Of a DNA stretch of 64,000 nt, positions 1 through 11,470 are shown in pieces. Made by a program: the position numbers and the translations under genes. How positions within the stretch are numbered: the first letter of the stretch is position 1; the number at the start of each line of letters is the position of its first letter. Source of the DNA: Macrostomum hystrix (lineage: Eukaryota > Animalia > Platyhelminthes). The stretch is from the NCBI GenBank assembly GCA_950097015.1, contig CATNEN010000030.1:2728001-2792000 (forward strand), written 5' to 3'. The notes beneath the pieces are model-generated. The model saw nothing but the letters and a program-made list of their open reading frames with translations. It was not told the DNA's origin and made no database searches.

Positions 1-1207
1 TGACGCAGTGTTGAACTGGATTGAAATTGTTGCCTTAAAAATTCAGCCTATCTTGTCTTTAATCTCATTGTAAAAATAGCCCACACGTCAGGCAGTGCTA
101 AATATAACCTTGACTCCGATTGCGACAGGGCTGATAACATTTTCCGCATAATACGAGGTATAAGCATATCAAAAATAGTTTTGAGTCCACTGGACTCTAG
201 GTACCAGGTCGGCAGTTGCACTTTTAGTTTCTTTTTTTTAGGTTTTGCCAGAAAAAATGCTGTGCTGCAATACCCAAAAAGGTGTATGCTGGACACGTAA
301 TACGATAGAATCATATATTTTTGAGCTTGACTCAATCTAATGTCATTTCAGATTGCACAAATTCAATTCTGAGGATATATTTGCTGAGTCACAAGTGAAT
401 TCCATTTTTAAGTCCGCAGATTACAAGTTGGAAAATATTTATTTACAGGAACAATTGAAAGCAACGCGCAGTGACATTGTGGCGCCCTGACCTGCCCTCG
501 TGCGAGCATGCAGAGCGAGGGCCTGCTCAAAGCTCAATGCAGGATTTCATCCACAGGAAGCATTTTCCAGGCATTGAGTATTTGCGCAAAACAGTAGAGC
601 AAACAAAGGAAACTAGGCTATAAGCAAAAGGATATCACAAGTATTTACAGGGTTTAATTAGCCGACAATTAGTTCTGTCTCAATAAACATTGCTTGTGTA
701 GGGAATCTGAAAGCATTATGAGGAATGGAACGACACAAAAAAGCAGAAATTTACTTAAAAACTTACTTTATGAGGTAAATTAGAAATAACAAATTTTATA
801 GAAATTTCTTTTGGTGAAGTTTAAAGAGAAGCTTCATCATGTCTTTACAATGACAATTCTATATAGGTGATTGAAGATTGCAAAAATGTTTGAAGTATAA
901 AAAACGAAAACTATGACAACCTTTAATATTTAGGGTGCAGTGATGTTAACAAGCCAGCATGCACTAATGCACATCTTTAACCATTGCACGTCAGTCATAA
1001 GTAAAAATGAAGAGTATAAAATGCTATAGCGTTGGGTCAAATGTCGCTGGCCATCGATTAAAAAATGATATTTACATTTGTTAGTGGAGAACAATTGTGA
1101 CAAGATAGTACAAATGGAGGCGGAGTGAGAACAGACTAGCAAAGTATTGCATAAAGTATTCCCCAAACGATCATTGTCGGCTCCTTCGCAGTCATTTATT
1201 CGCTCAT

Positions 1208-1390
1208 TCAGCGCTCCTCCTGTTCATCGACGTCCTCAGCTACCGGATCCGGCGGCGGTCCGACAATGTCGGCGCCGGAGAGTCGCCGGTAGATGGAGGC
1301 GCTGAAGTCCATCAAGCTGCTGAGCCAAGACGATTCGGTGCTGGCAAAGTCCACGCTGCTGCGGCGTCTCCTGCTCTCGCTCAGGGTGTT
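1208..1390 (-). CDS. Orphan gene, terminal coding exon (NTLSESRRRRSSVDF...DEQEER*)
   Basis: Acceptor ctccgcag|AAC (phase 0) is followed by 60 open GC-rich codons to TGA at 1210-1208, with AATAAA 8 nt downstream (1200-1195). The phase matches the donor at 1821. This frame is not in the ORF track. Confidence 0.6.
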   Translation of the reverse strand, partial: NTLSESRRRRSSVDFASTESSWLSSLMDFSASIYRRLSGADIVGPPPDPVAEDVDEQEER

Positions 1391-1439
1391 CTGCGGAGGT
1401 CATTGAAGGCGAATTGGTTTCTTGACCGTTCAGAGCGAG

Positions 1440-1800
1440 ACTAACATGAGACCATTTTGCTGTATCTCCCGAAATATTCAACCAATCGCCCTGGAAATCA
1501 AGAACTCGGGTTAAACTATTCCGCTCTATCCGATGAAACAACTTCTAGAATCTCAAAGCATCGGCCTCGTCGAGATGTTTAACGATTCTTGTCGTGGTGT
1601 CTGTGGCGAAAACCACCAATATAGGCCTAGTTTTTCTGCTGACAAAATTTCATCATTTAACCTTGTCGGCTTATATTGTATTGATTATACAGTTAGTTAT
1701 TATATTAGGACAGTTAGGACAACCAGATCGTAAGTATTCGAAATACCCCCGTGGTCCTTCCCCAAGGAGAAGGATAGGTCGGTCTTTCTACTGTTAAAGC
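1440..1800 (-). mobile_element. Non-autonomous TIR element family A, copy 1 (left end plus internal part), in orphan gene intron 2
   Basis: Clearly similar (by eye about 75-80% in the core) to 17511-17810 and 12706-12814. Left end GCTTTAACAGTAGAA...GGGGGTATTTCGAATAC. Confidence 0.65.
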
Positions 1801-1820
1801 ATTCCGGGATTCCTACACAC

Positions 1821-2089
1821 CTTCCTGACTGGACTCCTGGTCTCATTGTAGTCGTCGCCGAACTGTTTCAGCAGAGAGCCAATCGACTGGTTCTGCTGCA
1901 CCGTCTGCAGCGACGGCACAGAGAAGCTGCGCTGCCTAGGATCTTGCAATGTCCGCCCATTCCGTCTGGCCAGTTGAATCGCCAACGGGGGCGGCTGCTG
2001 AAGTCCGCGTCTGTTAGCTAATGAGGCTGAGACCGGATGCCGTGGCTGCGGCTGTTGCTCACACGCTGGAGAGTTTTGGTCAGAAAGCA
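1821..2089 (-). CDS. Orphan gene, internal coding exon (VLSDQNSPACEQQ...TRSPVRK)
   Basis: Lies inside ORF 1794-2090. Acceptor acaag|TG (phase 1) and donor AAG|gtgtgt (phase 0); 269 nt = 2+89x3. Confidence 0.55.
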
Positions 2090-2155
2090 CTTGTGATTAT
2101 TTCATCGAAGCGACTGACTGTTACTATTCATGGCTGCCATATTCTGGCATGTTTT

Positions 2156-2985
2156 GATGGTCTGTGTCTAGCTGGTAAGGATTCCTTCCATCGTGTGATG
2201 GTCTGTGTCTAGCTGGTAAGGATTCCTTCCATCGTGTGATGGTCTGTGTCTAGCTGGTAAGGATTCCTTCCATCGTGTGATGGTCTGTGTCTAGCTTGTA
2301 AGGATTCCTTCCATCGTCTGATGGTCTGTGTCTAGCTGGTAAGGATTCCTTCCATCGTCTGATGGTCTGTGTCTAGCTGGTAAGGATTCCTTCCATCGTC
2401 TGATGGTCTGTGTCTAGCTGGTGAGGATTCCTTCCATCGTCTGATGGTCTGTGTCTAGCTGGTGAGGATTCCTTCCATCGTCTGATGGTCTGTGTCTAGC
2501 TGGTGAGGATTCCTTCCATCGTCTGATGGTCTGTGTCTAGCTGGTGAGGATTCCTTCCATCGTGTGATGGTCTGTGTCTAGCTGGTGAGGATTCCTTTCA
2601 TCGTGTGATGGTCTGTGTCTAGTTGGTAAGGATTCCTTTCATCGTGTGATGGTCTGTGTCTAGCTGGTGAGGATTCCTTCCATCGTCTGATGGTCTGTGT
2701 CTAGTTGGTAAGGATTCCTTCCATCGTGTGATGGTCTGTGTCTAGCTGGTAAGGATTCCTTCCATCGTCTGATGGTCAGTGTCTAGTTGGTAAGGATTCC
2801 TTCCATCGTCTGATGGTCTGTGTCTAGCTGGTAAGGATTCCTTCCATCGTGTGATGGTCTGTGTCTAGTTGGTAAGGATTCCTTCCATCGTGTGATGGTC
2901 TGTGTCTAGCTGGTAAGGATTCCTTCCATCGTGTGATGGTCTGTGTCTAGTTGGTAAGGATTCCTTCCATCGTGTGATGGTCTGT
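2156..2985. repeat. Minisatellite, 41-bp unit, about 20 copies (orphan gene intron 1)
   Basis: TGGTCTGTGTCTAGCTGGTAAGGATTCCTTCCATCGTGTGA. Confidence 0.95.
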
Positions 2986-3152
2986 CTATAGCTGTTTACT
3001 TTCTATAAATGGGTGCCTAATATTACTCGTAGTATAAATTTTTCCCCATAAGAAGCACAAACTGTTTTCGAACTGTCTAAGCCCTTTTTGAAACAGAAGG
3101 CCAAACATTCTGACTTAAGCAGTTCATTCTATATTAATCATCATAGCCTCAC

Positions 3153-3246
3153 CTTCACCTCGATACGGTGCCATCGCCTCCAGGTCAGTCTCCAGGTGAA
3201 ACTCGGCCAAATGCTTCTCAAACGTGTCGCTCAGTCGATCCGACAT
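3153..3246 (-). CDS. Orphan gene, first (or 5'-most confident) coding exon (MSDRLSDTFEKHLAEFHLETDLEAMAPYRGE)
   Basis: aaaacATG context and donor GAAG|gtgagg (phase 1) compatible with the next exon. The true 5' end may extend upstream through a short intron near 3318. Confidence 0.5.
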
Positions 3247-4531
3247 GTTTTCACTGCTTCTAGAAGTAAATTCTAGATAGAAGTAGATTTTCCCAATATA
3301 AAATAGAGCCGTCTCACCGTATATATGTATGTGTGATAGAACACGGTCGCCTTGAAAAGCTGAAAAAAGATAAGGATTCCAGTTAGCTGTCAGGTGGTAA
3401 TCGCTAATATTGGCACTGACTCTTGCAGTAGGACACGGGGATTGTAAGGCCATTAGTGCGGTCTCATACTAGCAAGCAAGTAAGTGTACATTCAGACCCT
3501 CAACTGTACGCATTAAAGCACTTTCTGAGCGCACTCATGGCCTCATTGTGACTCGGTGAGAGCATGTTTATTATTTAACAGATTGTACAGTCGTTGTTAA
3601 ATTTAGTTCCAGTGAACTACATGGTCTATGATTTGTTTGAACTGTCGGTTCAGCAGCATCATTCGAGAACGAACAACTCGTGAATATTGTGTTTACATGC
3701 AGTTTTCCGCTTCCATGTGATCGGGTGACCTCATGTTGCAAAATGAATCGGGAGTCACTTAACTTTGTTTCTTCCTTTATCGTCAAGTCCAATTTGCACC
3801 CGCCTTCCTGTACTAATTATGTAACTTACGCTTTTGTCATCAACAGATTAAAAATTTGAATATAAAAAATTTGCCTCAGAATACTGTCCGTTTTGTCAGA
3901 TGACGTTACTGCAACGACCACTAGCATTAGCTTCATTAGCTCAGAAATCCTATTAGTATAGTCTTGAAGTCCTTGCGTTACTGCTGACGGACTGACCGTC
4001 GTTATCAAGCGTCTGGTGGCATGAGGGCATGGTCTATCACAGACCATCTTTCAACGCATGAGAAAATAAAACCCACTATACTAAAAATGAAAATCTCGGT
4101 TGTCTAACGAAATGCTTCCTTTCTTAGCTCGTGTACTTGTAGATCTGAAACGACCCGATTCTGCTATAACAAATATTCCGGCGCATCCGATCGGCTGCTT
4201 TTATTGATGCCGCCAATGAAGGGGATCCTGGTGATTGGGATGCTGAGAAAAAGGTCCCCTACATTGTACTACAGATTTGGAGACTTTTACGAAAATCGGT
4301 CATTTGATTTGGGAGCTATCATGAGGTTGGATGAGGAAGGCAGTGAGTATTTGAAATACCACCTGGTCTTTCCCTTGGGGGGGGGGGAAATAGCAAACTT
4401 TACTAAAAAACTTATTAGACTTTAGAAGCGGCAGAGGCATGCCTAGATACGCATGTATGTTAAGTGAAATATATTTTGGCCATTTCTAGTTTGTTTTTTT
4501 AAAACAAAATATTGGTTTCCAAAGTCAGCAA

Positions 4532-5755
4532 CTAGTCAGGCTGTTGACACAATGACACTACTTTCTGATTATTACTCTGAGCTTCCAGTAGTGCTTCAGG
4601 AACATCCACAAACTGCACAGGAATCTTTGTTAGAGGCAGAAGAGGATCTTTCGGATAATTAGTAAACGTGTTCGGCGGCGGTATCGGCTGATGGAAGCCC
4701 TGAAGCTTTGTATAGCCAATAGTCATTGTCTCGCGCCACTTCTTCCAAGGCACAATGATATCTTCCGGGTGCTTCTTCAGCACCAGGGGCTCGTTGGTGT
4801 CGGTCGGGTAGAAGATCAATGACTGGCAGGAGTTGCAGTTTGGCGGCACCAGCGCCGAAGTGGGAATATCATCGATAGCCTCGATCACAGATGGTTGTTC
4901 CTCTTGTTCGTCCTGAATGGAGACGCAGCGGCTGCCGAGTGGTCGCATGCAGTCAAACTTTAGGTCGATGTTGTAGCGCCACTGCATGGCGCTCAGTACG
5001 TGCACATTGTCCATGTTTGGACGAAATTGAGAATAGAGCGTCTGATAGCCATCCCTGGGATTCTCAGCGCCGCGCTCGATGGCCAGTAGCCAGACTTTGA
5101 AGCTCTGGCGTCTGGTCACCTCGGTCAGCGGATGAATCTTGCCGCCCGACTCGACAGCCCAGAGCATCGTTGGGTAGAAATAGTCGGAGAACCTTAACTC
5201 CACAAATTGACGCCTAGTTACCTGACCCGACTTGATATCGATCATCGCATGCCGGTGGGAGTAAAAAGGCCACTGGGAGCCGTTGCTGTCGTTAACCATG
5301 GTGTGCATGCCCGACTTGAGAGGCTGAAACTCCCAGGCGTAGTGGCCACCGTGATCGAATTTGTTTTCGAGTTTGATTCCGTCGCACGCTTGCACCAAGC
5401 CGATAGTCCAGTCACTAGCTGCGATTGCGTTGTCAAAAGAGATGCCAACGTGACACTTAAAGTGCTCGCCGCGCCATTGCATGAGGTTCCGCTTCTCCGA
5501 TATGCGAGTGAGCTGGCCGTCCTGCGGGCCGCAGTAGAACGGCTTCACGAAGTGCACATTTATATGCTGGTCCGGCTGGAAGCGGGGTATTACGTCTGTT
5601 GTCGTGCAATTCGCATGGCTTTCTCGCATTTGCAACACGTCATCGTCAAGCTCCTGATTATCAAGCACGTCTTTAGTTATGCGACAGTTATCCCTGTCAT
5701 CCCATTCTTCAGGAGGCACATGTCCGTTACGATTGTGCAGCTCGTTGGAGTCCAT
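4532..5755 (-). CDS. FAM78: FAM78 family protein (single coding exon, 407 aa)
   Basis: Motifs align colinearly with vertebrate FAM78A/B recalled from memory: WTIGLVQAC~WVVGWIQAC, AWEFQPLKSG~SWELPDLREG, NDSNGSQWPFY~SDSDGVSYPWY, DYFYPTMLWAV~DNFYPSVTWAV, RRQSFKVWLLA~RDQSFTTWLVA, IPTSALVPPNCN~IPPNALVKPNAN. Confidence 0.85.
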   Translation of the reverse strand: MDSNELHNRNGHVPPEEWDDRDNCRITKDVLDNQELDDDVLQMRESHANCTTTDVIPRFQPDQHINVHFVKPFYCGPQDGQLTRISEKRNLMQWRGEHFKCHVGISFDNAIAASDWTIGLVQACDGIKLENKFDHGGHYAWEFQPLKSGMHTMVNDSNGSQWPFYSHRHAMIDIKSGQVTRRQFVELRFSDYFYPTMLWAVESGGKIHPLTEVTRRQSFKVWLLAIERGAENPRDGYQTLYSQFRPNMDNVHVLSAMQWRYNIDLKFDCMRPLGSRCVSIQDEQEEQPSVIEAIDDIPTSALVPPNCNSCQSLIFYPTDTNEPLVLKKHPEDIIVPWKKWRETMTIGYTKLQGFHQPIPPPNTFTNYPKDPLLPLTKIPVQFVDVPEALLEAQSNNQKVVSLCQQPD

Positions 5756-6112
5756 CCCCAGACTTTAATGTGTGGATTTTTCTCGCGGATTTATTCCTTA
5801 CTTACTTAGTCTGAGTTATGATACACGAAACGCAGACGCATAGAGTTTGTCTATGGCAAATTTTAAACTCATGAGCAACAAATAAGGATTTTCAAATAGA
5901 AGTCACAGCCACAATTGAGTCCACTCACTGCAGCGAGGCAAAGTCAGTTATCCCCTTGAGTCATTCAATATAGGCTAGGTTCATGCTTCTTCATTCACAC
6001 TGTCTGCGGGTGTGGCTTCAGTTTGACGGACAGTCACCGCTGGGCACGTATACAATTTTGAGTAGAAATCTAAATTGATTTAGTAAGTTTTTGTATACAA
6101 ACCTATATTTTT

Positions 6113-6525
6113 GGTAGTTATTATTTGTCCGGTTAACCGGACAAATAGCCGTTTGATTATTCATCCGGTTAACCGGTTAACCACCCAAGGACTTACTTTC
6201 TCCCCTTTCAACGAGCAGGAGCAACGATCCTCCCAAAGACCACTCTTACCCTGCTGAGAGCCATCTTGACCTCACAAAGACCAAACTATACCCTTGAACT
6301 AAGTTAGTCCCTGAAACAACCGAATTTCTGGAAAAGGTTATAATTTTTTTAATTAGCTGATAAGCGAAAATAATTTGAGACACAAACTTCAAATCTGAAT
6401 GACTGTCCTTTTGCAGCTTGTTAATTATTTTATCTTACAAATGATAGAGGTTCTCGTGGTAGCGCTACAACCCCTTATAACTTAGTTATAAGTTAACTCG
6501 GTTAACCGGACAAATAACAACTGCC
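6113..6525. mobile_element. MITE with about 27-bp TIRs starting GG (possibly Merlin-like)
   Basis: Left GGTAGTTATTATTTGTCCGGTTAACCG versus reverse complement of right end GGCAGTTGTTATTTGTCCGGTTAACCG. Flanks ATATTTTT / ATATTTTA (7/8, TSD-like). The superfamily is an inference. Confidence 0.65.
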
Positions 6526-7060
6526 ATATTTTATACCTAATTTTCTTACACCTAGCACATGTGCTCTTTACTAGCAATTCTGTAAAATAATGAATCTAAT
6601 AAATTAGTTGGTCAGATAAAGCGGATTGGCCTGAATTTCAATCTAATTCTCCCTCTTTTACTCAAATTGGTTACACGCTTTTAGTTGAATCATGCAACTA
6701 TGATAGTTCTGAATGATTAAGATTCAGAGGGAGCCAATTAAAGTAAATAAAAGCAAATAGCTTTCGTATCGTAAGCAGTCAGAAAACTCATGCATCTGCG
6801 GGACTTAAGATTTTAGTGTTCCTTAAATTTTGAGTACATCTCTATGCGGTATATTTTACCGACCAAGCGATCTGTCTTGTACGAAAAGCTATTTAATTTA
6901 GTTGTTACAGTTGTATTTTTTGAGTCCTACTTTTTTGTTAAATGTTTCGCTCCTAAGTATGCACAACGAGGTCCTGCTGAATCCATTGTAACCATTTCGC
7001 TAGCATTTTTCTGTATTCAAATGCTTTATGATGGGCAATAATATACGAATCTTATATTCG

Positions 7061-7431
7061 TATTATAAACGATATATTATTATAATTATAATAAACGATA
7101 ACGATATTATAATAATTACATATAATTTATATAATTTTATTTTATTATATTTATTATTTTCTTATTTATTTATTATTTATTAATATTATTTTAATTAGAA
7201 TTAGAATTAAATTTATATTTTATATAATTTAATAATTAAAATTAATAATTATAAATAATAATTTATAACTAATAAATAAAAAAATAATAATAATAATAAA
7301 AATAATTTATAAATAAAAATAATAATAAGTAATAAAATAAATAATAAAAAATAATAATAATTAATAATTATAAAAAAATTAATAATTATAATTATAATAA
7401 ACGATTATAATAAACTATATTATAAACGATA
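7061..7431. repeat. Almost pure A/T low-complexity block
   Basis: T-rich first half, A-rich second half, bounded by two copies of TATTATAAACGATA. Confidence 0.85.
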
Positions 7432-10400
7432 GGCCGCTACGCGCCTCGACGTTTTACCTCGTTTCAGCCCGAGCAGCCTTATCCATTTAAGTGTTGTAGT
7501 TAGCCTACGCGTGTTGAAACGAGGTTGAAACTAACGGCAGCCCACCCGCTGCTGTTGTCTATGGTCGAATAACTTCGACTGCGATTGCTTCGCTTGTCAT
7601 AACTTCGGGTTTCTTTTTAGCCTGGCGCTTCTACTGTATAACGTGTAATTAAACTGCGACGGTAGTCTTTCTTTTTTACCTTTTCTAGACTCTTTGCATC
7701 ACGAATTAAGATCATTCGTTCATTTCATTTTTAATCTGTAATATGCTATCTGAAGGTAATTTTTTTAGTAATCTGAAAGTACATTGTATTTTGTCTTCGT
7801 TTCTATTTATAGCGTATCTTACGCGACTAAATTACGTACAAATTCAAATGTCTTTTTTTCTTAATAAAATTTGAAGGTATACACGCACACTTGCTTGCTT
7901 TACAAGACAGAGAGGTTGCCTTGTTGATACCCTGGTATGTTAAACATGATTAGTATTTTCCTCATTTTTTCACAAAGTTGATTAGGCCCAAAAATGTACT
8001 TTCCTTAATTTTGCACTGGCAGAAGGGCAGTGCCAGTTTCAAGACAAAACTGCTAAATAAAAACAACCAGTTTACTTTTTTTACTGTGTAAGGGTAGGGT
8101 AGGCCTAACTATAAGTGTACCTAAGCCTGGCTATTGTCTTGAATCCTGATATCCCTTAAACATAAAGTTCGAAGTTCCTTCACATATAAAATATGTAAGT
8201 GGGCAAAACTAACTAAGTAGGTAGGCCAGCTGTCAGCCAAACCGAATCTTACTTATCCGCTTTCAAATATTTTTAAAAAGAAAGTAAGGAAGCAAATTGC
8301 TTTTTAAGCTAATTTATCTAATAAGCTATGTAAAATTTTCCAAAGCTATAGCTTTTGAGATAAATCTCACTCAAAAAGCTATTATGCCTTTGCCCTGCCC
8401 TATAGCTTTAGGCTCCCTACCTAGGCTAGGCCTATTCTATAGGAAAAAGCAACACTATTGCAAAATTGAGTCCAGCATTTTCAAAATATTTGTTAAGGGC
8501 AGTAGGTGGTAGGCCTAAGACAGCTAGCTTGCAATGATCCAAAAGCAGATTTTTAATCAAAAGTAAAAATGTTGGGCCTAACTAATATTCACACATTTCC
8601 AAAATTAAAATATTTACAGTCATTCTGAAATAAAATAGAAAACAGTTTAATACCAAAAACTTGCAAACTTGTAGTCAAAATTGAAATGTTTACTTCAGCC
8701 TGTTCATATTTTCTTTTATTGCAAATGTTATAGGGCTAATTATTTTATTTTTCTTCTGTCACTAAAGTTATTATAGGTCTGAACTCTCACTAATTTCTTT
8801 ATAACTATGACTAAGTAATTTCAATATTCAAGCCATCAGTGTTCTTGTAGGGATTTCTTAAGGAGATTTTATTAGAACCACTTTCTTGACACAGTTTTGT
8901 ATTTTATATTATATTAGGGCCTATATATTATATTAGGCCTATATTATATTATATTTAATAATACTGTCTGGGTAGGGGTAAGTATCATACACAGTTATTC
9001 TTGTTATGTATTTTAATATATTTCTAGTAGTGTAACTAGTCTAGTTTTATTCTAGACATGTATTCACTATATTAGCCAAATGACTTTTCCATCTATGTAT
9101 TTCTGAGCATATGCATTACTAATGAGCATTACAAATGATCTCAAGTATATAGCAATACTTTCTATTTTCTATTGTTAAAACTCTCTTGGTATTTGTCTAT
9201 GTATAGTTTTTAAAGGAATTAGGGAACACTTGTAAGTATTGTATTCAAACTTTGCTTAAGCACAATGCTTTGTAATCTTGATTTTATTTTGCTGAACTTG
9301 CTGTTTTATACTATTTTCTATTGAAATGATTGACATGTTACAACTAAGTTTTATTTATATTGTATAACATAAACAAATTTCGTTGATTTTAGCAAGTCAC
9401 AATTTAAAACAAAATATCTTTTTATTATACATTTGTAACAGACCTCAGCTCTCTCTATTTGTTGGATTTGGGATTGGTGGGCTGAGTATTTAGGGGGAAT
9501 AGTAGCGTAAGTTATCAGGGTGAGAATAGGTATTTTTCATGCTGTTCATGTTATACCTAAGGTAGCGCTAATGCCCGAGCAGCAAGACACTAGCTACTAA
9601 CAATGGAAGCAGAATTTACTGCTGCTGGCACGAGGGCTAAGGTCACTGATCTGGGGCACATAGTCCATGGGGTGTATCAGGATGGATCAAAGTTGCCTGG
9701 TGAACGTCCTTCGCAATCTCACTTACTTTTCTCTATGGGGTCCGGAATTAGTACAGTTTCATTAGGGGGATAAAGGCGGAGTTTTGAGACTTCAGGGGGG
9801 GTATTTAGGGAACCTTAGGTGGACTTCAGATAGACTTCAGGTGGACTTTTAGATGGGATTTTACTACTTTAAATTTGGGATTTCAAAGGGATTATATAAT
9901 AGGGTGGATTCGGGGTAAAGAAGGCCGACGAGATATCTTTGGGAGAGGATTAGGAAGGCAAAGGTATCTAACTGTTTTATCTTATTAGGAAAATCACTAA
10001 AGAGAACTTGATGTATTTAATATCTAAACAGAAAGAGGTAGGAAGTGGGATCACTTATATTTCGTAGAGCAAAACGTTGAGATCGTATAGAATGTAAAGC
10101 AGGTCCAACAGGGTAACAAGGTCAACAGGGTAAACAGGGTTAACCAGTATTAATGGGTAAAGATTGCATTATATTCTTCTCTGTATATATATGCCAAAAT
10201 TGGGGTGGGTGCACGTCCCACTTGAGTGCGCATACAATGAACAAAGAGCACTGCGTGAGGTTACAATAAATAGCTAGCGTGTGAGAAAAAGTGGCGGGAA
10301 TTCAAAATGAAAAAGTGTCCTAATTATTCACTGCCTCACATTTTCTATAAAATAAAACTATCAAAAACATTCCTTTAAACAAATTTCATTAAATAAAATT

Positions 10401-11233
10401 GCTAATTTCTACACTCCTATGATATAAAAATTCTTTATATCAAAGGCAAGCCTTGCATTCTAATCAAATTAAAACATGTAATTTTGCTTGTACATTTTTG
10501 TATAGCCTAGTAGCCTAGTCTGTATAGCCTAGCCTGGTACATTTTGAATGGCACTGTTTTACAAAATGGCATGCCCTGCCAGACAAGTGTTTTTTTGCTT
10601 GGTGGTACAGTTCTGCCAAGTTTTTTTTAATTTCTACAACACATCCATAAACTTGGCAAAATGATATTTGGAAATATTGTTTTTCTTATGTCATTTAATA
10701 ATTTACAAAAGTGTCCAAATTTTTATTCTAACTTTTTATTTTAAAGGCATCCTGAAATCTAAACTGAAACAGTATATATTATTTTTTTGTTTCTAGTCTC
10801 AAACCTCTGACTGAGTTAAGTAAACTATATTTTCTGTTTTTTAGAACTTCTTTTTTAAATCTTAACTAATTTATTTTAAGCATACATTTAGTTTGTAATT
10901 TTGTAAGCTTTAACTTCTTTGCAGAATATATAAAATTTTATTGTAGCTATTTATGTAAGGGTGTGGCTATGGTCAATTTGTTTTCTTGTTAAGATTTGTT
11001 ACCTTTGTAGAAATGTGCTTTGATTATTTGGAACCTCTCTTTCCATAATGTTGACAAATCAACTTTTGTTAACAAACAAAAAATTATATTTTATTTAACC
11101 TTTTTATTTTCAGTTTTGTGTTCCATCTACAGTTGCCTCTCACCTATAATTGTTCCTTTAAGTTTGTCTAGTTCTGGAATAGTGTAAGCAAGTGCAATAA
11201 AGTGCCAATTCCAAGGCTTTTGCCCTCTGTTTT

Positions 11234-11252
11234 ATGGAAGCTGTGAAGTTTG
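11234..11252 (+). CDS. HNRNPK: hnRNP K coding exon 1 (MEAVKF/G)
   Basis: ATG at 11234 in an exon with acceptor ttttcag at 11113 and strong donor G|gtaagt (phase 1) that matches exon 2. Full join 11234-11252,12544-12659,12893-12949,13548-13591,16441-17343,17890-17917 = 388 aa. Confidence 0.6.
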
Positions 11253-11470
11253 GTAAGTTAATTTAAAATAACATTAATCAATGCATTGTTTTTTATCCTA
11301 ATTGCTAAAAAGTTAATAGTTTTTAGCAACTATTCTCCTTCTTGTTCCATCCTTAATACTTAAATAGACTGCTTCGTCAGAAAATTTGTATATCTGACTA
11401 TATCACTCTCCATATCCCTGATCATTCAACTAACATTTTAACTGTCCCAGATTCTTCAGGCCCACACTGC

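Noticed and set aside
3808-3830. 22-nt GT-AG intron joining the ORFs at 3826-4047 and 3571-3792
   Set aside because: It is too short for a typical spliceosomal intron, and the join is out of phase, reaching a stop within a few codons.
5207-5809. 200-aa antisense ORF over FAM78, and similar overlapping ORFs at 16417-17394, 37058-37414, 48733-49142 and 60959-61398
   Set aside because: These are shadow frames expected from GC-rich codon usage in the real exon, with no recognisable motifs.
10099-10150. Collagen-like triplets with in-frame TAA as evidence of a ciliate-type genetic code
   Set aside because: The run covers only five triplets, the surrounding frame is incoherent, and all real genes here use standard stops.
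10293-10306. GGCGGGAATTCAAA as an E2F/CHR cell-cycle element
   Set aside because: It is a single intronic occurrence with no TSS evidence, and such motifs also occur in transposon remnants.
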